64,000 bases of DNA, from positions 153,619 through 217,618 of the forward strand of contig JBAYHL010000001.1 in the NCBI GenBank assembly GCA_041666185.1, read 5' to 3'. The position numbers were made by a program, and so were the translations under genes. The notes under the pieces are model-generated. The model was given only the letters and a program-made list of their open reading frames with translations. It made no database searches and had not been told where the DNA came from. This stretch comes from Patescibacteria group bacterium (lineage in GTDB: Bacteria; Patescibacteriota; UBA1384; UBA12157; JAENIV01). Positions 19,504 through 29,369 of the stretch are shown here, piece by piece; position 1 is the first letter of the stretch; each line of letters starts with the position of its first letter.

Positions 19504-19904
19504 TATCCCTCATTTAAATATTGTTCTAAAATATATTTCGCCGAGAGCTTGTCAATTTCTTCTTTGTAACGTTTTTCTCTTGGATCTAATTTTTGATTCC
19601 CTAACTGTCTTTCTGCCTCTTTAGAAGTAAGAGTTTCGTCAACAAAATCAATTTCTAAATCTAGTTTTTTTGCCAGTTCAATGGCAAATTTACGAACTTT
19701 ATCCGCTTGAATGTTGCTTTTTGATTTAGGCAGCCCTACAACAATTTTTGAAACATTTTCTCCGTGACAAATTTTACCAATTTCATGTATTGCTTCTTCG
19801 AGACTGTCGTTATTAACAACGCCATAAGAAGTTATTAAACTACCTTCGGAAATCGCTACACCAATTCTCTTTTGGCCAAAATCTAAACCTAACAATTTTT
19901 TCAT
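19503..19904 (-). CDS. ruvX: Holliday junction resolvase-like nuclease RuvX/YqgF
   Basis: MKKLLGLDFGQKRIGVAIS N-terminus. Confidence 0.9.
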   Translation of the reverse strand: MKKLLGLDFGQKRIGVAISEGSLITSYGVVNNDSLEEAIHEIGKICHGENVSKIVVGLPKSKSNIQADKVRKFAIELAKKLDLEIDFVDETLTSKEAERQLGNQKLDPREKRYKEEIDKLSAKYILEQYLNEG

Positions 19905-21589
19905 TGACTCACCTCCGGCAATATTGTTGGAGAAATTCCCAAACTAGGTGTTGGACTAGTGATTGGTTCAGGCTCTAGATAGTCAAGCGAAACTTTCAAA
20001 TTACGTTTATAGTTAGGGATTCTTTTTATTGGCCACCATGATGGAAAATAAATTATTTCCGAACCGGTTATGCCATCAATACCACCTAAATAACCTTCGG
20101 CATCCAAACGGTTTTTGCCAAGCAAATTATCTTTGACTTGTTCTGTATCAATTTTAACAGAAACTTTAGCTGAGACTCTTGTGTCCAAGCTCAAAACATT
20201 TTTATCATAATTTTTTTCTTTAATTTGCGGTGAAATAGTATCATTTGGTCCTAAAGAAATCATTTTAGTTGAAGGAATTTGTTTTTCTAAAATTTGCAAA
20301 ACAAATTCATCAAAACCATTTCTCCGAAAAGCCATTTCTCTTAAACGCTCTTTTATTTTCAAAGTAAACTCTTGAGCCTCTGAATCAACTTTAGCTGTAG
20401 AATTTTCTTCAACAACATCTATTTGAATAGCACTATCTAAAACTTCTAAATCTTTTGCTTGACTGGCCATTTCTTTTTTTAACTCGTCTGTTAATTCTTT
20501 GGTTAACTTTTCTTTTGCTTTGTCATAATCCTCTTGTGAAACAACTTGAGCGACCTTCGTAAAACCTCCTGTTAAATCTTTAGCTGACTGACCGTAAATA
20601 AATTCTTGCTGGCTTGCCGCAAGACCTATAATTGTAAAACGACCAGCCTTAACATTATACTCATCACCCGCTTCTTCTGCTTCGATCTCGGCGCTAACCG
20701 TTCCAGCAACCGCTTTACCGTTCTGGACACCAGCCCCCGGAACCGTAACATTATTTTTAAAGACAAATGTTTTTGACGATGATGAAAGTTTTGTACCAGC
20801 TGGAAAATTATGATTACTATTATCCAAATTATTGTAAACCGTAATTGTTCCGTTAGCCTTACCACCTAAATTTTTCGTACCAGTAGTCGTAAACTTTTCT
20901 TCTTTTTCTTTATTTAAATCAATTAGTAGCCCTGAAAAAGTTTTACTTTCTAAGTTCGCGGATTCGATCCCGGAGACTTGAACGTCAACATTTTTTTCAA
21001 AATTTTCTGCACTAACTTTTAATTTGACATTAACTTTTGGCAAAATTAAAAAGGCACCAATTAAAATTAAAAGAAGAACAAGACTTGCCATTGGAATAAG
21101 AATTTTTTTAAGATTTCCTAAACTTGCTTCTTTTTTTATTTTTGGCGGTCGCCAAGCAGTAGTAGTTTCTGTTTTAATTTTTGGTCTGGGTCGATTATCA
21201 CTTTTTTCCTGAAAGTGATGAACGTGAACACCTTTTGGTTTTAATTCTTGAGCAGGTATTTTTGGTGTATCATCTATCTCAATCACCTCTTCTTGGTTTA
21301 TTGCTGGCGGCGCTGGCTGATATATTGGTTGCTGATTTCTAACTGACTCGAACACTTGCAACCCAACTTTTGAAGCTAGGTTTCTACCAATTTTGTCAGA
21401 AGTAATGAGAGCAATTTCTTTACCCAAATTTTTAGCTTCTTTTAAAAGCAATCTCAAATTAACAACACTTTGAAGTAAGGTTGCTTGTCTGGGTACAACT
21501 AAACCAATCTTAGCAACTTTTGATTGCTTAATTTTATCGATTACAGAGGTAATTTCTTCATCTGGTTCTAAATAAAATATTTCGTCCAT
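19901..21589 (-). CDS. Hypothetical bitopic membrane protein (562 aa), co-transcribed with ftsA
   Basis: Cytoplasmic N-terminal ~100 aa domain, a Pro-rich linker, a single TM (ILIPMASLVLLLILIGAFLILP), and a large extracytoplasmic beta-rich/coiled-coil region. No recognisable family. There is a 4 nt gap to ftsA. Confidence 0.55.
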   Translation of the reverse strand: MDEIFYLEPDEEITSVIDKIKQSKVAKIGLVVPRQATLLQSVVNLRLLLKEAKNLGKEIALITSDKIGRNLASKVGLQVFESVRNQQPIYQPAPPAINQEEVIEIDDTPKIPAQELKPKGVHVHHFQEKSDNRPRPKIKTETTTAWRPPKIKKEASLGNLKKILIPMASLVLLLILIGAFLILPKVNVKLKVSAENFEKNVDVQVSGIESANLESKTFSGLLIDLNKEKEEKFTTTGTKNLGGKANGTITVYNNLDNSNHNFPAGTKLSSSSKTFVFKNNVTVPGAGVQNGKAVAGTVSAEIEAEEAGDEYNVKAGRFTIIGLAASQQEFIYGQSAKDLTGGFTKVAQVVSQEDYDKAKEKLTKELTDELKKEMASQAKDLEVLDSAIQIDVVEENSTAKVDSEAQEFTLKIKERLREMAFRRNGFDEFVLQILEKQIPSTKMISLGPNDTISPQIKEKNYDKNVLSLDTRVSAKVSVKIDTEQVKDNLLGKNRLDAEGYLGGIDGITGSEIIYFPSWWPIKRIPNYKRNLKVSLDYLEPEPITSPTPSLGISPTILPEVSQ

Positions 21590-21592
21590 AAT

Positions 21593-22849
21593 TTACTCTC
21601 TTAAACTTGAAACAATTCGGTTTAAAACATTATCCACAACTGCTTCTTCACCAACAAGGTCAATAGCCAAATTAGCTAAACTCATTGGTGTAATATCCCA
21701 AGGATTTTTAAGTTCTTTGGTCATATCGGCGATATTTTCGACATCTGACGGTTTAATAAAATGAACTGATGGTTTACGAGAAAAAGGTAAATTTTTGTTC
21801 CACTCCGCCTTATTCAAAACCTCTTCGATATCAGGCAACATTGTTCCTCCACCACAAAGAAGAATTCTTGAAGGCAATAAATCGAGTGTTGAAAACTCCT
21901 CTAAGGTTAATTCTACACCTGAAAGCCAGACCTGACAATCAGTTTTTAAAGCATTTTTAACAAATTGCATGTCTTCTGCAGGTAATTCTTTTTTTGAATA
22001 TTTTATTTTCTTTTCCTCTGCCTCTTCAAAAGAACAACCAAAAACTTGAGCAATTCTTTTAGTAAAAGACCTGCCCCCTAAAGCAAACATTTTTGTACCC
22101 TCAACACCGCCAGAACTAACAACAGCAATGTCTGTTGTTCCACCACCAATATCAATAAAAATTGCGCTAAATTCGGCTGATTCTTTTGGCCCAACCGACC
22201 TTGCTAACGCATAAGGATCAGCAACAATTGAAAGCAAATCTAAACCTAACTCGGCAGCAATTGTCTGCAAAGCTCCCAAATGAACAATGGGGGCGAAAGC
22301 ATTAAAAACACCAACTTGAAGTTCGCGACCTTGAAAGCCTAAAGGATTAGTAACTTTGTAGCCATCGATTTTCACATCAACAATAGCGGCATTCACAAGT
22401 TTAACATCAACTTCAGCATGACCTGTCTCCCACGCCAAAATTTGGCGTGCCCTGTCGAAAGAACGTCGTTGAATACGAGAAATTATATCTTTGAGTTCTT
22501 CTAAAGTTATACCTTGCTTAGGATTGGGACGAGTGTATTTAATAGTTGTTGTATTACCTTTAACAAGTTCCCCAGCAATTCCCATGATTACTTGTGTTGG
22601 CATAATTTTTGCCATTTCCGCCGCTCTCTCAAGAGCTTTTTGACAATTTTTAACTACACCGCCAATATCAGTTACCGTTCCACCTTGCATGTCTGAGAGT
22701 CGCTGTTTTTGACGACCCGTGCCTACCACCATGCCCTTACCATCTTCAACTTTAAAAATAAGACATTTAGCAAATTCTGTACCAATATCTAAGGCAACTG
22801 CAAATCTATTTTCAATTTTTTTTGTTCCTAAGAAATCAAATAACCCCAC
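21593..22849 (-). CDS. ftsA: Cell division protein FtsA (actin-like ATPase)
   Basis: DIGT...IAGE...IDIGGGTTDIAV...GGR motifs and a C-terminal amphipathic helix. Confidence 0.8.
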   Translation of the reverse strand: MGLFDFLGTKKIENRFAVALDIGTEFAKCLIFKVEDGKGMVVGTGRQKQRLSDMQGGTVTDIGGVVKNCQKALERAAEMAKIMPTQVIMGIAGELVKGNTTTIKYTRPNPKQGITLEELKDIISRIQRRSFDRARQILAWETGHAEVDVKLVNAAIVDVKIDGYKVTNPLGFQGRELQVGVFNAFAPIVHLGALQTIAAELGLDLLSIVADPYALARSVGPKESAEFSAIFIDIGGGTTDIAVVSSGGVEGTKMFALGGRSFTKRIAQVFGCSFEEAEEKKIKYSKKELPAEDMQFVKNALKTDCQVWLSGVELTLEEFSTLDLLPSRILLCGGGTMLPDIEEVLNKAEWNKNLPFSRKPSVHFIKPSDVENIADMTKELKNPWDITPMSLANLAIDLVGEEAVVDNVLNRIVSSLRE

Positions 22850-23024
22850 CTTTAACCTCGTCTAATATAAACTTTTTGAAATAATACCTGTTTTTTGTTA
22901 TTAGTTAACGTCAATACAGCAAAAATACGGATCTCTAAATCCCTACATAAATAGTATACCGCAATTTCGGACAAGATACCAAAAACCGCCTCGCAAAAGA
23001 CAGTTTTTTTAAAAATCCTTGATT

Positions 23025-23372
23025 TTAGTTCTCCCTCTCCTCCATACTTTTTTCAAAATCTTCGGTAGGATTTGCTAAATTAAGTTCGTAAAGCCGAACA
23101 GTATCTACATATCGATCACCGGAAACAACAGCAGCTGGTTCTTCGCGTCCCATAGTTGTAATTGTTGTAAAATGATCAATTTCACCACTCACAACCTCAC
23201 CGTTTTTTTTCACAAACACTGGATCGCCAATATTATAACCTGCTAATTCAAATACCTCAGCAGAAATACGTTTTTTATTCTCGAAGTCTGATTCTAATTT
23301 CTCCTGTTTTAAGCTTGCAGCTCGCCAATCCTCTTGTGACAATACTTCACTTGGTCCTTGCTCTGGTCCCAT
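23025..23372 (-). CDS. Hypothetical acidic protein (115 aa)
   Basis: ORF only. No recognisable motifs. Confidence 0.4.
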   Translation of the reverse strand: MGPEQGPSEVLSQEDWRAASLKQEKLESDFENKKRISAEVFELAGYNIGDPVFVKKNGEVVSGEIDHFTTITTMGREEPAAVVSGDRYVDTVRLYELNLANPTEDFEKSMEEREN

Positions 23373-23419
23373 TTTGCCTCCTCAAATTTTTTAATTTCAC
23401 CATTGTCTTATACAGTATA

Positions 23420-25138
23420 TTATTCCAAAATTGCTTTAATACGACGTACGCCAGCAGAAGAAGATTCCTCTTTAATAATTTTAAAATGACCTAAAACACC
23501 TGTGGATTTTACGTGCGGCCCACCACAAAGCTCAATACTAAAATCATTTATCTTATAAACTTTAACAGTATCGCCATATTTCGATGGATCAAAAGAAATC
23601 TTGGCAATTTTTAAGGCTTCTTCTTTTGGCATTTCTTGCATCTCAACTGGCAAATCTTTTTGAATTTTTTCGTTTACCAAATTTTCGATTTTTTTAATTT
23701 GTTCGTCGGTTAGTTTTCCTGGAAAATTAAAATCAAAACGTAATCTTTCAGCAGTAATGTTTGAACCTTTTTGATAAATATCCGGCCCTAAAATTTGGCG
23801 TAGGGAAGCGAGTAATAGGTGAGTGGCGGTATGATATTTTGTCTCCATCTCTCCCCCACCTACCAGGCCACCTTTAAACATTCCAGCGGATGCAGTCCGC
23901 GAAAGTTCTTGATGTTCTTTAAAAGCTTTTTCGAAATCCTCACTGCTGACGTTAATTCCATTTTCTTTAGCCAACTCAATCGTCATTTCCCATGGAAAAC
24001 CATAAGTTTGATAAAGATCGAATGCCACTTTACCAGTTAAATTTTCTTTTTGTTTTTCAAATTCTTTAAGACCATTTAATAGTGTATTTCTGAACTTTAT
24101 TTCTTCTTTCTCTAACTCTTCTAAAATCATCTCAACATTAAATTGATATACACCTTCATAAGCCTTAAAAATTTCTTCGGCAATTTTTTCAATAAAATTT
24201 TTGGTTATGTCAACTTGAGTCGCTTTCACGATTGCTCGACGAATTAAACGACGGACAACATAGCCAGCATCTTTATTAGATGGCAAAATTCCATCGTTTA
24301 TAGCAAAAGTAGCCGCTTTAATATGATCAACAATAATACGAAATTCAACAGTAAAATCGTCATATTTTTTACCAGAGATTTTTTCCAATTCTTTAACAAG
24401 AGGCAAAAATAAATCTGTTTTATAATTTTCGTCTTTTTCTTGTAACACTGCTAACAATCTTTCGAAACCCATTCCTGTGTCTACACCTTTAGTCTCCAAA
24501 TCTTGCCAACAATCACCCTTCCACACCATTTCATTAAAAACTAAGTTCCAAACTTCTACGTTATCAATATAGAATTCTACCGTTGGACCACCAGGAGAAT
24601 TTTCCGTGCCCAGTGACCAAAAATTATCTTCGCCCTGTGGTTCTATTCTTTTTAGTCCTTGAATGTTATTTAAAATTTCTTTTGATTCAAGATCGGGACC
24701 TATCGTGATTGCAATACCTTTGTCCGCTTTATCGAAATAAGTGGCATGAATACGATCTTTTGATATCCCCAAAACTTCTGTTAAAAATTCCCAAGCAAAT
24801 TCAATTGCTCCTTTTTTAAAATATGAATTTTGTTTTGCCGGATAACCAAAACTAAAATTACCCAACATCTCTAAAAAAGTATGGTGAGTTTTGTCACCCA
24901 CTTCTTCAATATCACCAGTACGAATACATTTTTGAATCGTAACTACACAACTAGCTGGCGCTTCATTAGGAATCGCATAAAATTTCTTAAATTGCTGCAT
25001 ACCAGCGGTCGTAAATAAAACCGATGAATCATTTTCCGGAATCAAAGAAGCAGATGGGATTAATTTATGCCCACGTTCAACAAAAAACTTAATAAATTTT
25101 TCGCGTAATTGTTTTGAGTCCAAATATTTAGAATCCAT
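23420..25138 (-). CDS. alaS: Alanyl-tRNA synthetase, short form lacking the C-Ala domain
   Basis: Class II catalytic core plus an editing domain (HTATHLL, CGGPHV). At 572 aa it is far shorter than the usual ~870 aa. Confidence 0.85.
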   Translation of the reverse strand: MDSKYLDSKQLREKFIKFFVERGHKLIPSASLIPENDSSVLFTTAGMQQFKKFYAIPNEAPASCVVTIQKCIRTGDIEEVGDKTHHTFLEMLGNFSFGYPAKQNSYFKKGAIEFAWEFLTEVLGISKDRIHATYFDKADKGIAITIGPDLESKEILNNIQGLKRIEPQGEDNFWSLGTENSPGGPTVEFYIDNVEVWNLVFNEMVWKGDCWQDLETKGVDTGMGFERLLAVLQEKDENYKTDLFLPLVKELEKISGKKYDDFTVEFRIIVDHIKAATFAINDGILPSNKDAGYVVRRLIRRAIVKATQVDITKNFIEKIAEEIFKAYEGVYQFNVEMILEELEKEEIKFRNTLLNGLKEFEKQKENLTGKVAFDLYQTYGFPWEMTIELAKENGINVSSEDFEKAFKEHQELSRTASAGMFKGGLVGGGEMETKYHTATHLLLASLRQILGPDIYQKGSNITAERLRFDFNFPGKLTDEQIKKIENLVNEKIQKDLPVEMQEMPKEEALKIAKISFDPSKYGDTVKVYKINDFSIELCGGPHVKSTGVLGHFKIIKEESSSAGVRRIKAILE

Positions 25139-25143
25139 GAAAA

Positions 25144-25761
25144 TTATCTTCCTAAAATCAACTGCTTAACGAAATCGCCTAAATTAGAAAAACCAATCGA
25201 TACCGGATTTTTCTTTTCTGATTGACTTTGCGAGTACCAGGAACCATAAACTTTATCATACATAGTTTCTGTATTTTTAACTTTTTCAATAAAGAAATTT
25301 GTTTCTGCCGGTAACCCCATCTCGCCATCTTTAAATTTATCCGCTCGGCCAACACCAGCATTATAAGCCGCGCAAATTAAATCGGTGTTACCACTATATT
25401 TATCAGACAAACCTTTTAAATACCATGTGCCGTATTTAATTGAAGTATTAGGATCCGTTAAATCGCCTGTTTTTTCACCCATCTCTTCGGCAATTGAATC
25501 AGCCGTTCCAGGCATAATCTGCATTAAACCAACTGCCCCTACAGACGAAACTGATTTAGGATTGAAACGACTTTCAGTATAAATAACAGCGGCGACAAAA
25601 TTTGGCCTAAGACCTCTTTCTTCGGAGTATTTTTTAATTGCATCTTGATAATCTAAAGGATATAAAAGTTCACCCCAAACACTAGGAAAGAAAAAATAAA
25701 AAGTTGCTATTAAAACAACTGTCACGACACTGGCAATAATAAATTTTGCTAGTCTTCTCAT
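25144..25761 (-). CDS. Lytic transglycosylase (SLT domain), membrane-anchored
   Basis: SLT motif (ES.FNP...GLMQI). Confidence 0.8.
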   Translation of the reverse strand: MRRLAKFIIASVVTVVLIATFYFFFPSVWGELLYPLDYQDAIKKYSEERGLRPNFVAAVIYTESRFNPKSVSSVGAVGLMQIMPGTADSIAEEMGEKTGDLTDPNTSIKYGTWYLKGLSDKYSGNTDLICAAYNAGVGRADKFKDGEMGLPAETNFFIEKVKNTETMYDKVYGSWYSQSQSEKKNPVSIGFSNLGDFVKQLILGR

Positions 25762-25806
25762 TTACACCTCAAGATTATTGTAACAAGAAAATGTTTTTAA
25801 AACCAT

Positions 25807-25894
25807 TGGTGCCCGAGGCGAGAGTCGAACTCGCATGAAGTTTTACCCTCAATGGATTTTAAGTCCATCGTGTCTACCATTCCACCACCCGGGC
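25807..25894 (-). tRNA. tRNA-Leu (anticodon UAA), type II with long variable arm, CCA encoded
   Basis: Hand-folded: acceptor GCCCGGG/CUCGGGC, anticodon stem AUGGA/UCCAU, loop CUUAAAA. Confidence 0.85.
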
Positions 25895-25936
25895 ATATTT
25901 TAATTTTACCTCAAAACTGATTTTATCTCAAGATGT

Positions 25937-26899
25937 TTACTTCAAAATAATCTCCCACTGTGTATCATGTAATTTTAACTCGGCTTCGATTGTAAACCCA
26001 GCGGCTTTTTTATGGCCTCCGCCGCCAAAAAGTTTAGCAATTTTTCCAATATCTACATTATCTTTTTCAGTACGAAGTGAGGCTCGAATATTTCCTTCTG
26101 GTGTTTCAAAAAATAAAATCGCCGCTTTTGAATCGGGAATCGAATTCATCAAATTAACTACACCGGCTAAATCATAATAAGTTGCGCCGCAATCATCTAA
26201 ATCTTGATGGGTAATAACTGAGGAAACAATTTCTAAATCTTGATTTTTGTGAAGTCTGGAAAGTGTAACACCCCAAAGCCTCAAAGCAGCAATACTTTTA
26301 TTAAGAGCAACATTCTTAGTGATTGTTTTCAATTTTGCTCCATAAGACAAAAGTTCACCAGCAATTTCCAAAGTTTTTGGGCTAGTATTTGAATGCTTGA
26401 AACCACCTGTATCAGTATAAATTCCTGTCAAAATTGCCGTAGCAATATCACGATTGATTTTAATTGGTAATTGTTTGAGCAACCCCCAAACAATCTCGGA
26501 AGCCGAAGAAGCACTCTGGTCAACAATATTAATATTCGCAATCTTCCATAAATCATTTTTTGGATGATGATCAATATTAATAAAATTTTTAAAAGTTTGG
26601 GCAAACTTTTTTAAACGCTCTGGAAAACCAGTTCGTCTTAAATCACCACAATCAATAACAATAATTACTTCATAATCACCAAACAAAACATCTTTTTGAA
26701 TTTTATCAATTTCCGGCAAAAATAAAAAAGGCTTCGGAACTTCATTAATACAAACCATCGAAACCTTCTTACCAAGACTCTTTAAACCCATATAACAAGC
26801 AACTGTTGCCGCAAGAGTATCACCGTCTGGTTCAACATGCACCATTAACAGAAACTTCTCAAAGTTCTTAATTTTAGAGTTAAATTTATCAATTAACAT
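25937..26899 (-). CDS. nrnA: DHH/DHHA1 phosphoesterase (NrnA-like oligoribonuclease/pAp phosphatase)
   Basis: DHH motif (IDHHPKN), a GGGH motif, and DGDT near the N-terminus. Confidence 0.8.
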   Translation of the reverse strand: MLIDKFNSKIKNFEKFLLMVHVEPDGDTLAATVACYMGLKSLGKKVSMVCINEVPKPFLFLPEIDKIQKDVLFGDYEVIIVIDCGDLRRTGFPERLKKFAQTFKNFINIDHHPKNDLWKIANINIVDQSASSASEIVWGLLKQLPIKINRDIATAILTGIYTDTGGFKHSNTSPKTLEIAGELLSYGAKLKTITKNVALNKSIAALRLWGVTLSRLHKNQDLEIVSSVITHQDLDDCGATYYDLAGVVNLMNSIPDSKAAILFFETPEGNIRASLRTEKDNVDIGKIAKLFGGGGHKKAAGFTIEAELKLHDTQWEIILK

Positions 26900-26916
26900 G
26901 ATGGAAGGGACCTAAA

Positions 26917-27393
26917 TTATGCCGAAGGATTGAGAATAATAACTTTTCTCTCTTCAGAAGGCAGGTCATTAAGAATAAATTTAAACTGATCTTGCCCCTC
27001 TGCTTTCATCCCTTCCTCTTTAGTGAAACTTTCTAAATCTTTTTCGTACATTGGAATCACTACTTTTGGATCAATTTGATTAATAACCTCCAAAGCTTGC
27101 TTTGTTTCCGTAAATTCACCACCACCAATACCAATTAACAAAACATCGATACTGTTTAGTTTTTCCAATTCACTATCAGATAAAACCTTGGCTTTCTTAA
27201 TCCAACCAACCATCATTTTTTCTGAAAAAATTTCCATCGTCCCGTCAATAACTTCCATTTGCACCCCCCCAGCTTCATATTCGCCAGGGGTAGTAATTTC
27301 AAGATCACCTAACAAAATCTCTTGACCAATTTTAACAATTTTATTTCTAGTTTTAATAACAAAGTTATCTTTGCCTTGCCAGCTAATTATCAT
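26917..27393 (-). CDS. MBL-fold-like protein lacking the His metal-binding motif
   Basis: Resembles UPF0173-type beta-lactamase-fold hydrolases (MIISWQG...), but has no HxHxDH motif. Confidence 0.4.
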   Translation of the reverse strand: MIISWQGKDNFVIKTRNKIVKIGQEILLGDLEITTPGEYEAGGVQMEVIDGTMEIFSEKMMVGWIKKAKVLSDSELEKLNSIDVLLIGIGGGEFTETKQALEVINQIDPKVVIPMYEKDLESFTKEEGMKAEGQDQFKFILNDLPSEERKVIILNPSA

Positions 27394-28592
27394 TTATCTC
27401 CTTTTTTTGTTTTTGTGCTAACTGACGAACTTTTTTTAGTAGCTTTTTTAGCAGTTTTTTTTGGTTTTTCTTCTACCGCGTCTTCTTTTTTACTTTCTTT
27501 TTTTGAAACTTTTTTTTCGTCAACAGCTTTTAATGAAAGGCTTAGTTTATGCAGTTCTGGTTCAACTGACATAATTTTGAATTTATAAGACTTGCCTTCT
27601 TCAACAACTTTTCTTGGATCGGTAATTTTTTCACCCAATTCGGAAATGTGAACCAAACCATCAACTTCACCTAATTTAACAAAAGCTCCAAAAGGTGTAA
27701 TTTTAGTTACAACTGCCGAAACATTATCGCCAACCTTACAAGACGAAGCTAGTTTCAACCAAGGATCCGGTTGAAGGCGTTTGAGCGAAAGAGATAATCT
27801 ATTGTCTTCCTTAGAAATAACTTTGACAGTAATTTTTTCACCAACGTTAAACTTACTTTTCAAGTCATCAATGTGTTCCCAAGAGGCTTCCGAAATATGA
27901 ACCAAACCTTCAATCTCATCTGAATCGAAAGTAATTTTAACGAATAAACCAAAATCAACAATACCAGTTATCTCACCTTCAAAATCTTGACCAACTTCAA
28001 TACTCTTCATTTTTTCAAATTGAGCAGTATCTCCCGCGGCTTTTTCTGAAAAAATTAACTTACCAGAATTAGGTTCAAAACTTAATACTTTAACTTGCAA
28101 TGTTTGACCAACTAAAGATTTGAGGCGATTTAAAATTTCATCACGATTACCAGAAGCGACTTTAGGGTAATGAGAGGTTGCTAGTTGCGAAACCGGCAAG
28201 AAACCTTCGTAGTCACCAAATTGGCAAAGTAATCCGCCTTTATTAGCATCTAATACTTTAATTGGCAATGCTTCGCCGGACTCTAGTTTTTCATTAAGAA
28301 TTTTCGAAACTCTTTCTTTGTCGGCGCGCTTAAGTGATAAAATCACGTAGCCGTCATCATTTTCAATTGTTAAAACATAAGCGAGAATTTTGTCACCAAC
28401 CTTAAGATCACCAACTTCTGGTGAAAATTCTTGTTCTGGAATAATCCCCAAATTCAAACCACTTACATCAACAATAACTTTGTTCTTCAAAATTTGCATA
28501 ATTTTGACTTCCGTCAATTCACCATTACGAATAGGCACTAAGCTACTTCCGAGCGAGGTAGCTAAATCTTTCATACTTTCAGTTTTTTTCAT
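27390..28592 (-). CDS. rpsA: 30S ribosomal protein S1 (multi-S1 domain) with Lys-rich C-terminal tail
   Basis: Four S1-like repeats and a C-terminal KK-rich tail. Confidence 0.85.
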   Translation of the reverse strand: MKKTESMKDLATSLGSSLVPIRNGELTEVKIMQILKNKVIVDVSGLNLGIIPEQEFSPEVGDLKVGDKILAYVLTIENDDGYVILSLKRADKERVSKILNEKLESGEALPIKVLDANKGGLLCQFGDYEGFLPVSQLATSHYPKVASGNRDEILNRLKSLVGQTLQVKVLSFEPNSGKLIFSEKAAGDTAQFEKMKSIEVGQDFEGEITGIVDFGLFVKITFDSDEIEGLVHISEASWEHIDDLKSKFNVGEKITVKVISKEDNRLSLSLKRLQPDPWLKLASSCKVGDNVSAVVTKITPFGAFVKLGEVDGLVHISELGEKITDPRKVVEEGKSYKFKIMSVEPELHKLSLSLKAVDEKKVSKKESKKEDAVEEKPKKTAKKATKKSSSVSTKTKKGDK

Positions 28593-28670
28593 TTTTTCCT
28601 TTATGCCACTCCTTAAATACTTTTAATTTATAACCCTAAATTTTTCTTAGGGCAGGCCCTTCAATTATAT

Positions 28671-29084
28671 TCAGGGTAAATATTTTTCAAAATTTTTCTT
28701 TTTTTCGTATTCTTTAATTTTTTTCGGTAAAATCATAAATCGATACCAAATAATAGTTATTGCCCAAATCACCATCGCTGCCATCGATACGAAAAAGATG
28801 AACCTGCTACCAATATAAGAAATTTCTTCGTAGCGAAAAAAAAGCAAGAATAACCCTAGAAAACCAGTAAACAATGATAAATTAATAACTTTGGTGTATA
28901 AATTTTTGTAAATTTTATCTATGTTTTTAGCCTTAATAATTAAGGTAAAACCTACAAGAATAAATACAACAAAAATAATCGCTAAATATTTATACAAACC
29001 ATCTGAAGTTGGTGTTGCTTCGAAAAGATAATTCTTTTGAATTAATTTCCCAAAATCAATTTGATTAAAGAAGGCAATATTCAT
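28671..29084 (-). CDS. Hypothetical small membrane protein
   Basis: Three or four predicted TM helices. Confidence 0.45.
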   Translation of the reverse strand: MNIAFFNQIDFGKLIQKNYLFEATPTSDGLYKYLAIIFVVFILVGFTLIIKAKNIDKIYKNLYTKVINLSLFTGFLGLFLLFFRYEEISYIGSRFIFFVSMAAMVIWAITIIWYRFMILPKKIKEYEKKKNFEKYLP

Positions 29085-29125
29085 TTCGTTTGATACTCCT
29101 TAATCTAAAACTGAGTAAAACGAGG

Positions 29126-29198
29126 TGCCGGATCGCAGAATCGAACTGCGTACACGTTGATTTTCAGTCAACTGCTCTAACCAATGAGCTAATCCGGC
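29126..29198 (-). tRNA. tRNA-Phe (anticodon GAA), CCA not fully encoded
   Basis: Hand-folded: GCCGGAU acceptor, anticodon loop CUGAAAA. Confidence 0.85.
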
Positions 29199-29369
29199 TA
29201 AATTATGTTTTAAGAAATACGAAATAAGAACCAAGGTCAGACTTAAATCCTTATCTCTTATCTCATGTTTCTAATATATTTATTTTTGTTAGGAGGTTTA
29301 TATTTTTAGACAAGTTCATATTATCATAAATAAAATGATTAAGCAATAATTTCCTAGTATAATAAAGTT

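Noticed and set aside
22850-23024. Possible sRNA or terminator hairpin in the ftsA upstream spacer (CCGCCTCGCAAAAGACAG...)
   Set aside because: There is no convincing stem (poor complementarity) and no U-tract in the transcribed orientation. It is more likely plain promoter or UTR sequence for ftsA.
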